A stretch of DNA of 64,000 nt. It comes from Chrysomallon squamiferum (Eukaryota > Animalia > Mollusca). This document shows positions 13,316 to 23,966 of the stretch, one piece after another. Both the position numbers and the translations under genes were made by a program. The notes beneath the pieces are model-generated. The model had not been told where the DNA came from. It searched no databases and worked only from the letters and a program-made list of their open reading frames with translations. The stretch covers positions 14,570,001 to 14,634,000 of the forward strand of contig CM022669.1 in NCBI GenBank assembly GCA_012295275.1, given 5' to 3'. The first letter of the stretch is position 1, and each line of letters begins with the position of its first letter.

Positions 13316-16300
13316 CTTTCATTCAAATATCGATATTATTTCCCTTTTGTAAACCCCTGGCTATAATTCCGTCTTAAAATACCACAATTTAGAAAAAACA
13401 GATTTTCATTTCAGATGTACGCAATTATTTCCATGTTTTTCGTGCTGCTGTCAATTGGGATATTCTGTCTGGAGACGCACCCGACTTTCAGGGTGTGGCG
13501 CGACGGACACAACGACACCAGCGTCACCAGATCACCTTCAGTGTTGACGTATGGCGAAGATACGTGTTACTGTCACTGCGGGTAATTGTCAAATATATAC
13601 ACGTTCTTGTGCGTATTTGTGTGCGTGAGTATGTGTGTGTGTGTGCACATACATACATACATACATACATACATACATACATACAGAGATGCATAGATAC
13701 ACTAATAATACATACATACATACATACATACATATTTACATAAACAGATACATAGACATACATACAGACGTACATACTTAAATAAATACAGAGTGAGTAT
13801 ATGTGTGTGTGTTCATACATACATTCATACAGAGGTGCATTGATACACTAATACATATATAAATACATATTTACACACACAGATACATACATATATACAT
13901 AGATACTTAAATCATAATATAGCGAGTTTGTTTTTATGAACGTTTATTACATTTTACCTCCTTTTTAGCTAAATGTGAAATCTAATCTATTTTTTAAATA
14001 TCAGAAATATAATGGAAACTAATTCAGGCTTTATATTTGTTTTGTTTTTTGTTATTGTTTTTTTATTCAAAAATAGTTCATTAAGTCATCTCAATAAATT
14101 GATTCGCCTACATAAATACACTAAAGTACACGTTTTTCAAATGGACTGATTAGCTCTAAACTGTACACAGATTATAACACAAGTACCAATTTATTCTTTC
14201 TTTGCCTACATTTTTTCTGGACATTTCCACAATCTAAACTGATCAGACCACTTCAGTGATAATTATTTATTCATTTTCCAGCATGTATGTCATTTTTGGG
14301 GGAATAGATTCATGCAGTGAATAGTCTTCCATTTTGAATATATTCTTTATTTTCGTATATGATGGAATAAAATCATTACACGACTGTTTTGTTAATTTCG
14401 AATCCGTTCTTTTTGTTTTGTTCTCGCAGAGAGGCGAACGTGAAGCCGTACAACCTCACCGAGCCGCACGACGCCATGAAATACTTGGACTACCTGTGCG
14501 CCGCCTTCTTCACCACGGAGTTCCTAGTGCGTGTGTACTTCGCCCCTAGCAAGCTGCTCTTCTTCAAGGGAATCATGAACGTCATCGACATCCTGTGCCT
14601 GCTTCCGCACTTCGTCGCCATCATCATCAAGACGGTGAACGAGGACGACTCGACGAGCCACATTTTCAGGTCGGTGGTGGCTCTCAGGATCGTGCGCATT
14701 CTGAGGATCTTCAAGCTGATGAAGCACTACACGGCGTTCAAGATCCTCGTCTACACGATCAAAGTGAGCACGAAGGAGCTGCTGCTTCTCGTGATCTTTC
14801 TCTTTACCGGTGTCCTCATCTTCGCCAGCCTCATCTTCTACTGCGAGGTCGACTACTTCCCCAACATTCCCATCGGCTTCTGGTGGGCCTTGGTCACCAT
14901 GACGACCGTCGGGTACGGGGACAAGGTTCCGCGGACGGAGGCAGGCTACGTGATAGGTTCGCTGTGTGTCCTCTGCGGTGTTCTCACTGTTGCCTTCACC
15001 GTGCCCATTGTCGTGAACAACTTCACCCTGTACTATTCGCACGCCCAGTCGCGGGTCAGGCTTCCCGAGAAAAAGAGGAAAGAACTTCAAAAGAAAATCA
15101 TGATGAAAAATCAGAAAGCTTCGGAATTTATACAAAAATTAGCCATGAACGTGCAGCAGAAAAAGAACAAGGAGCAGTTCAACAGTGTTCCTTCTTTAAA
15201 AACTCCGCGAGACCCCGCCGATAGCAAGGGCCCGCCCAAAGGGTTCACTGCCACGCAGTACAAACAGAACGTTAATGCTGGCAAGGAGTCCAGGTGGGGT
15301 CGAGCTACTAAAATTATTACCGTTTCAGAGCACGTGCAGGAACACTCCCCAAACCCCTCCCCTAAAGACCTGCCAGGAACACCTCTCAGTATAGAACTGG
15401 AAACAAAATCGGTAAGAATCTTTTTTTTTTTTTTTTTTCATTTTTTTTTTTTTTTGCTTATTTATTTTCGTTCTTTCTTTTTTAAAATTTCGTACATCAT
15501 ACAGTGGTCATATAAGGTATAACGTAAGACGTGTTGGTATATTCGTACTTCGTCATTCCACTGAGAATGTTTATAACACGAAGTCTACAGGACATAACTA
15601 GATTTCATGATTCCTAAGAAGTAACGTAAAATGCAAGTCATTCACACATTTCCTCATTTCATCTGTGTAATATAACGTAGATATCTAAGCTGTATTTCTT
15701 TATTTCATACCTGTTGTAAGTATGTAACGGACGTGATTAAACTGTATAACCTTATTCCAAGCATTGGTATCATAACGAACATTACGTTTACATAAATCTT
15801 TACATCACGTAATTGTATTTCATGATTTCATGCAATGATAATGTAAACGATATAAAATTATATCTACTGGGATTATTAATTATATTCTTGTGTCATAAAA
15901 CTGTAACGTAATGCATTATTTAAATCATCGTTTACGTTTTGATATAGACACAGAGAGTATTAACTGCAAAATATATTTTCATATACACTGCCTAATATCA
16001 CGTTGTGTGCTATTGCTTTGTTTATATATTAATTATATCACAGTGTGCTTTACTTTTACCAGGTTTTAAAGTTTTTTCTCTTTGTAAACAAAATAATGTT
16101 TTTCTCGTTCGAAATCGAGGTGTCATCATGTATTATTTGTTTATCTTCTGCTTCTGACAGAACTGGGTGATTTTACATTAGTGTATTAATGAATGGTAAT
16201 TTATTCTTACCAGAACACATTTATATAAATATTTAAGAAAACAAAAATAGAAACTATCGCCTTGTTCCTGAAATAATTGTGCGATTTATCTCAACCATGA

Positions 16301-17026
16301 AGATCCATTAAACATATTTATCTTATTGTGTTCAAAGGACATTAAATTGTACCTATTATATTGTCGAATTAATAGTATTTATGAATAAGCTTATGAATAA
16401 GCAACCTTTATATTATTTCTCATTGTTATTGTTATTACTATTGTTATTATTATTATTATTTTATTTTAGTAGTAGTAGTAGTAGTAGTAGTAGTAATAAT
16501 AATAGTAGTTATAGTTTTAATGTAGTTGTAGTAATAGTTGTAGTAGTAATTGTTAAGTAGTAATAGTACTAATAGCAATAATAATAACAATATAGTAATA
16601 ATGGCGACGATGGTAATGACAGTATTATTTATCTTCTTCCTCCTTCTTATCTTCTTTTTCATTATAATGTTCTACTTCCTCCTACCCCGTCTCTACCTCA
16701 TCAACATCATCATCTTCTTCTTCTTCTTCGTGTGATTGTTACTAAATAGTATTATATCGCATACAGATCCAGCACCAAGAAACGGAACAACTTCTGAACG
16801 ATCTTCACGGGGCGAACGAGAAACTGCGAGAAGAGAGACAGCGCCAGCTGGATCTCGTTCAGACCAAACGAGAGCAGAAACGTCAAGCAAAGCTCACCCC
16901 CAGATCAACTCCCGCTCCAGCAGCCTCGGCGAAACCCGGCAAAATCAATGAACTGGTAAGCTGAAATAAATGAGTCAAACCGTTTCTCGAAGAGATGGAT
17001 TAGTCTGGTATACTTTCAAGTAACGA

Positions 17027-17081
<55 letters not shown>

Positions 17082-17486
17082 TTTCATATCCATCTTCTGG
17101 CTTATTGTTTTGTTATCAAAATTTATTATTAACAAAGGTTAGGTTGGATAATGATATAAAAATTGGTCGCCTGGCTGTATATAAAATGTGTTTTGTGGTT
17201 ATAAGAAACATGACAACAGCAACAGCAACATGACAACAGCGACAGCAACAACAAAAACAATAAGCCACCGACATAACCTTGGCTCTTCTAGATCGTTTTG
17301 ATCGCACCTTTATTTATTATAAACTGTCTGTAGCACAATACATTTCTCGTGGGCAGCCAAACCCGATTAATACTGTACATCAGTTTAGACAATGATTTCA
17401 TATTTAATCACGAAATGTAAAAAGTTTTTAATTACAGAAAACTGCATATCAACTGCTGATAATTATTTCAATAATTGATGTTTGCA

Positions 17487-17548
<62 letters not shown>

Positions 17549-19383
17549 CGGCTGTCCAATCACATTTGATGTGGAACAGAACAATATCGAACAATTGAAT
17601 GTTCATTTCAAACTAACAGAAAATTATTTCTATTCTCTTTAACAGTAATTCTATCAATTAGTTTTATTGCATGTTAATTAACAGCATTTTATAGCCATTC
17701 TGATCTATTTTTTATTGGACAAATTATTTGATTAATAGCCTGAGTAAAATAACACCATATATAATTGCTTCGAACAGCCAGCGACATTTCTTCACTCAAG
17801 ACTGTAATTGTCAGAATATTAATTAGTGAATGGTCAGTTTATTCGATACTGTTATTATATCAGTGTATCAGAATTGCGGTATACTGTTATTATATCAGTG
17901 TATCAGAATTGCGGTATACTGTTATTATATCAGTGTATCAGAATGACGGTATATCGTCAAAATCAGAATGATCAACAACAACGTCATCAGCAGATCGTTA
18001 TTGTCAGAATAATATATATATATATTCTTACCGTCAATATGAATAATTATTTATCGTCATTGTTAGAATATCAGTCAACCGATATTGTCAGAATGATGAG
18101 TGTACTGTCTTTGTCAGAAAGATAAGTATAATGTCATTGTCAGAAAGATCAGTATACTGTCACTGTCAGAATAGTGAGCTTATTGTCACTGTCGGAATGA
18201 TGTGTTTATTGTCGCTGTCAGAATGATGAGCATGTTTTCGCTGTCAGAATGACGAGCATGTTTTCGCTGTCAGAATGATGAGCATATTGTCACTGTCAGA
18301 ATGATGAGTATGTCGTCACTGTCAGAATCTATTGACCAATCTGTATACGTATCGGCTAGACACTGTCAGCAGACAAACGTCATTACAGCGTATCATCGTG
18401 AGTCGGTGAATGGTAATGGACGCTTCCACCAAAGCGCTCTGTTATTGACCGTTTCCTGCGATCAATTTGTCATCCATTGATTATTTGACTGCGCTTTGTG
18501 TCGGTGTCTGTTCCACACAATTAATATGATTATTTAATTAGGCAAAACTCAAGTCCAGCGTAAATTTGCCATTTTTATTATTATTATTATTATTATTAAT
18601 ATTATTATTATTTTTTTTTTTTTATCGTCCTGATTGTGCCACAAATAACTAATAAGTTTGTCAAGCCGAGCTGCTTTGTCTTCAGCTGTGTAGGGAGCAG
18701 TTATTATTCCGTATTTTGTATATGAAGCATCAAACAATTATATATACATTATTTCGGTTGACTGCAGAACTCTGATGGCAATTTAGCGATTCATACAATT
18801 GACGTACACCATCTCTTCTATATACCTCTGAGATTCATGCTAGCTCTAATATCGTTTTTATCGAGTTTCGTTCTGGAAAACAGACATTGTCTGAGTTATA
18901 TCTTTCATTCAGAACGAACGTGACGTTTTGGTAGATAGTTTTGGTGTCAGTAGATAAATCAGCCAACAGTCTGTCATTCTTAATTTTTATCGGAATTTAT
19001 GGGAAGCTTGAAAGAAAAACAGTCTCAACTTTAATGATCTTTGCTTTGTAGCACGTCTAGGAATGGATTTTATTTTGAAAAATGTTTATAATTTTATCAA
19101 ATTATATATAATGGAAAAAAAAGAAGTTAAATAAAAGGAGAAGAAAGAAAATAGCTTAACTTTTATGTTTACAGAAATTGCAGTTTTTTTTTTTCCTCCT
19201 TCTTGCTATGAGTATCATATCATCATTATTATCAGTAATTTGATTATCATCGTAATTCTGATATTTTTAACTATTTACTTCTACAGCTACTGTTACTACT
19301 ATTATTACTAATAATGTTATTATTGTTACAATTTGTTGCTACTATGTTGTTGTTTTTTGTTGTTGTTGTCTACTACTACTACA

Positions 19384-19418
<35 letters not shown>

Positions 19419-19490
19419 CATTATTGTTGTTGTTGCTATGTTGTTGTTGTCATTATTATTATTATTATTTTTTTTTTTTTCCAGTTCTGA
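12402..19490 (+). CDS. Shaw/Kv3-like voltage-gated potassium channel alpha subunit, 5'-partial (N-terminal half of the T1 domain not found in window)
   Basis: Phase-consistent GT-AG exons: 12402-12626 (ELEFWGLTELDIEPCCW...MWRFLEDPNSSRAAK, end of T1); 13415-13581 (S1, MYAIISMFFVLLSIGIFCLETHP); 14430-15411 (S2-S6, S4 RIVRILRIFKLMKH, pore WWALVTMTTVGYGD, NNFTLYYSHAQ); 16767-16955 (coiled-coil-like tail); and a less certain terminal exon 19485-19490 (F-stop). ELEFWG/EPCCW, FCLETH, IPIGFWWALVTM and YYSH are Shaw-family motifs. About 522 aa in window. Confidence 0.92.
12648..12833. repeat. Degenerate (TG)/(TGCG)/(TGCA) microsatellite at the start of a Kv intron
   Basis: Seen directly; explains the HTH/CVCV ORFs. 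Confidence 0.9.
14430..15411 (+). CDS. Large core exon of the Kv channel (S2-S6, pore and proximal C-terminus)
   Basis: Acceptor ttctcgcag|A at 14430 and donor TCG|gtaaga at 15411. Lies within track ORF 14389-15522 and contains the TVGYGD selectivity filter. Confidence 0.95.
17846..17950. repeat. 35-bp tandem repeat x3
   Basis: atactgttattatatcagtgtatcagaattgcggt at 17846, 17881 and 17916. Confidence 0.92.
18086..18330. repeat. 26-bp minisatellite, about 9 copies
   Basis: Unit tgtcagaatgatgagcatattgtcac with substitutions. Confidence 0.88.
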
Positions 19491-19584
19491 CAAAGAAAAC
19501 CTGTGAACGTCATCTCGCCTCGATCAATTCAGACGAAGAAAAAAATGAAAAACATCTGAAAACAGAATTTCAAACATTCCATTA

Positions 19585-19633
<49 letters not shown>

Positions 19634-20110
19634 GTCATTATTATTGAACTGTTACTGTTACAATATTGTATAGCTGTGTAAAAATATTTATAATTTATTG
19701 TTTCTTACACTGTACATTTCCATTCTTTCTTATTACATTATTATATGGCGTTTATAACTGTGATATTGTTAAAAGAAAGATGACCCTTCATCTCTTTGTT
19801 CATATATATATATATATATATACATATTTTCCGCTCAACTACCGTTGATAACACTACCTTTATGATTATACAACAATCACTTTGAAATTAATTAATATTC
19901 TTTTTTTATTATTATTATTTTTTTTTTTTACTGTTGTTTTATAATCTTAAATTATATGTTAAATTCTAATGATTAAATTTACACGGTTTAAAAATTAATT
20001 ATTTTCATTGGCAAGGTATCTCAAGTATTGCACGTACCTCAGCTGCCACTTTATATTAAACTTGACAGGTATTTTTAGCTGATTTTATGGTGAAATTATC
20101 TGAGAGTCAG

Positions 20111-20484
20111 CAAGGCCGGATTTCCCATGTAGACTTTCCAGGCTTGAGCCTAGGGCGGCATGATGATAGGGGAAGCAGTTTATGAAAATTATTACTGGCC
20201 AGTGTTTGCCAACTATGCGCCTTTCGCGCACAATTGGGCGTATTTTTTAGGAGATTGTGCGCTTTGTTAAAATTTGACCATAAGTTATAAAAAAAAAATC
20301 CTATATTTCATATTATATAATAAACAAAGTAGGAAGGGTGAAGTGGGCTTGAAGAGGGGGCTGTAAAATTTCTACAGCCTATGGGCGTCTAGCACAGTAA
20401 ATCCGGTACTGCGTGCCAGGGGTTAGGACTGGGGCGCAATTTCTGTGCTTACCACTGGCCCTTTATTTCTTAGATACGCCCCTG
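20111..20484. mobile_element. Degenerate MITE-like non-autonomous DNA transposon remnant(s) in the probable Kv 3' UTR
   Basis: GC-richer island with imperfect terminal inverted repeats caaggccggattt (20111) and aaatccggtactg (20399-20411), subterminal gcctagggc/gcctatgggc motifs, an internal cagtgtttgccaac TIR-like motif and an adjacent tagatacgcccctg end. The resemblance to CAGGGCCGGATTT-type MITEs is from recollection; no search was run. Confidence 0.5.
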
Positions 20485-20969
20485 ATTATTACGGGAGATG
20501 TTTGTTACGAATACCAATGTTTTACAGTGTCCAGTTTGGAAACATTGTTTAAGGCACTTAAAATACAACAAGACGAACACTAGAAACTTCTTTGATGTTT
20601 TCTCACTTACTGTTATTCAAAATACACATGTAGTGCATAGACATTTCAATTCTTCACATGTTCCATGACTGTTATTATATTTTTAAACATTAAAAAGTGT
20701 TCTAGGTAATTTTTGCACAAATATTAAATATATATATTAAATTTAGTACTAATAATGAACACTTTGTTTCGTATTAAGAAAATGTCATTTGCACGATGAA
20801 CATTTTTTTTCCATACAAATCGATTATTCAATATTCCAAATATAAAAAGGTTAGAGATATTTTTATTCCATATTTATTTGTTTACATAGTACGAGGTATA
20901 TGATTTATTCATTGATTTGTTTTGTGTGTGTGTGTGTGTGTGTGTGTTTAAACCGTGCAGAATATTTGA

Positions 20970-20975
20970 AATAAA
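20970..20975 (+). terminator. Candidate distal polyadenylation signal of the Kv channel gene
   Basis: AATAAA about 1.5 kb after the putative stop at 19490, followed by T-rich sequence. AATAAA is frequent by chance in this composition. Confidence 0.25.
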
Positions 20976-21933
20976 AGTTACTTGATCTGTATTTCATCAC
21001 GTACCATTTTGATCTTTGGAGTTATCCGCCTTCGTAAACCTCTCTAGTTAAAAAAAAATAATAATTTGCTTTCATAATCTTTTATGAATAAATGATTTTA
21101 ATACGATTATCCACACTAAAATTAGAATGAACGACTTTTTGGTGGTTGAGAGGGCGTAAATAAGGGCATAAAAAAGAATGTTATTTATCATATGTTAATG
21201 CAGTCATTTTAAATAGTTTTAGAAAGAGCTTTTATTATGCAATATAATTTTAAACGTATGACATTAAAACATGGCACATATTTCTTATTTATTATTTATT
21301 AAGGTCGTACGTTTCATTTTTTTTTTTTTTATAGTGTGTTTTATAATATATCATTGTATGTCTTTGTCGAGTTTTCATGTTTTTATTTTTTATTATGCGC
21401 TTTTATAAATTATGGTGTTTATTAATTATATCCCTCACGATATTTATTTTTGCATGCATAACCTTCATTGAAAGTTTTCCATTTCAAACTCCGTCCATTT
21501 TTGAATTGTACTTCAGGAAAGAGGTTCAGTTTTATTTTTTGTTCATTAGTTTTCGCGTATCAAAATAATCTTTTCTGTTTCTTTTTAAAATAAATAAGTA
21601 AATGAATATATAAAAAATATGTAAATAAATGTTTCATAAATAAAATAAACATATATAACATAAAAAACAAAAAAAGAAAACAAATAATAGTAAATATTCA
21701 TAAATGCATGTCATGAAAACTCGAATTATATCAAATGTTGTCACTTATGATATTATGTAGAGGGCGTTTGAAAGAGAAACATAATAAAACAAAATGGAAA
21801 ACGTTTACAAATCAAAATTTCTTGTCAGCAGTGTTTCAAAATTTAATTTTTTGTTTTTTTGTTTTCAAAGTAATTCTTCCATTGCATGATGACTATCGGT
21901 GGTATTGTTACATATTTTATATTGTTTTATTTC

Positions 21934-21987
<54 letters not shown>

Positions 21988-22305
21988 GGCACAATCATAT
22001 TTTTATCATTCCTGTTTTTATTAGACATTTTTTCCACATATTTCATTATTCTTTTAATCACTTTTTGGATTACTTTGATTAAACATTTGTAACATATTTG
22101 TATTTTTATTCGGAAGCATTTTGAATTAAAACATTTTATAATACATATTTTAAATTATTATTGTAGAATTTGTAGGTTTTCTTCATCTTATGCAACATAT
22201 ATCATGTTTAGATATTTATATTTTTTATTCGTTTTTTGTTTGTTCTTTCTATCTTTGTTATGAATGAATGAATGAATTAATGAATTTATTAAGTTATTAA
22301 TTTAA

Positions 22306-22352
<47 letters not shown>

Positions 22353-22959
22353 TATTTCAATAGCATTTCATCAATATACCATTTTTATTATTATTATTTT
22401 TTAATTTAACTGTAACTTATTAATTGTGCCTACAGCAAAAAATCAGTCCATGCTTAAAATGTCCGTGGTTCACTGCTGCAGAATAAACAACTACTCCTCT
22501 GTTATCTTGCGTTTGTTTGTAATTACAGCATTTCATCAAAATTACCAAATCACATACGCAAAACATATATATATATATACATACATAGATAAATACATTC
22601 ATACATACATACATATACACATAAATGCATGCATGCAAAAGTACGAACAAAGCGAACTGATGTTGAGTCGCTAGTTAATACGTCAAAGAAAAGCGAAAAA
22701 AAAAAAAAAAAAAAAAAAAAATATCTTAAAAATTGTAAAAGGTTCTTTGAAAACAAAGGTAATAAATAAATAAATCTATTGATTCTTGATGCCTGTCACT
22801 CGAATTGTCGGTCTGTTTGCGCCGTTCAAACAGATACGGAATTCTTCAGTTTGTTTATACTCGGTGTATTTAATACACCGAGGAATGATCTGCAGTTTAT
22901 ATATTTGCGTATGCTATCAGACTGTGTTTTCGGTGTTTTGAATTACAGCTGGATTGTTG

Positions 22960-23051
22960 ACTGACGTCCTCTTTCGGTACATTTTCATCAAAGCTTGAGC
23001 CATTGTCCTTAACGTCATTTGATTCTCTGACGTCATCCAACTATGACGTCA
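22960..23051. promoter_or_regulatory. CRE cluster: two perfect TGACGTCA (23028, 23044) and two near matches
   Basis: Motifs seen directly in a CpG-rich patch between the convergent Kv and INTS3 3' ends. Confidence 0.4.
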
Positions 23052-23191
23052 CAATTACACATTTTTCTTTATTCTGTAGTTAATAGATATAGAGCGGTTT
23101 TATTTATTTGTTTGTTTGGTAGGAACGATGGGCGAAACAAGAAGTGTATTTTATCTGTGTAAGTAATTATTTTTATAAGTGTTCCGAATAT

Positions 23192-23277
<86 letters not shown>

Positions 23278-23908
23278 AATAGTAATATTATCATTTTGAT
23301 GAAAGAATTATGATATCGTACCTACAATGTTGACATCGTTAATATAAAAATGTAGCCTACATTTCGAAATGTTACATTTGTAGGTAAAACATTAATAATA
23401 CAAACCGCAATTAATATACTATGGTAAAATTTGTAGTAATAAAATATTTCACATTCACTAACTTAAAAAGCGAGATAAAAGTTTTTTGTTGTTTTTTCAA
23501 TTCCTATTCCAGAATACATCTTTATTTTATTATTTCAAAAACGCATTAAATATAATATGTATGCTACTGTAATGACACAAAATATGGTAAAAACGAGATA
23601 ATAAAAATATACACACTTTTCATATTAAAATATATGCAGAGCAAAATATTAATATTTATTAAGTAGAAGTATTGAATTCTTGCTGGAGAATTCTAAATAA
23701 GCGACAGCAGCAACAACAAAAATAAACTAATAAATATATAAATTAAAATCTAAACGTTCTGTGTAACTGTAAAAATAAAGTATATAGAAAAGAAAAGAAA
23801 AACATACACAGTTAATTTTATAAATTTTCGTTTTCTAGTTCCATTTATAATATAAAAATGATTAATAAAAGAAAAATCTGCATAATAATGATAATGATGA
23901 TGATGATG

Positions 23909-23966
<58 letters not shown>

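Noticed and set aside
14524-15224. 203-aa antisense and 209-aa alternative-frame ORFs over the Kv exon
   Set aside because: Expected shadows of a GC3-rich coding exon, with no independent motifs.
15412-15522. Track ORF continuing past the Kv donor as a Phe-rich tail
   Set aside because: Poly-T intron sequence after a consensus GTAAGA donor; the next exon at 16767 is in phase.
23921-23966. Perfect palindrome formed by (AAT)n(ATT)n
   Set aside because: Junction of two abundant microsatellites; common and uninformative.
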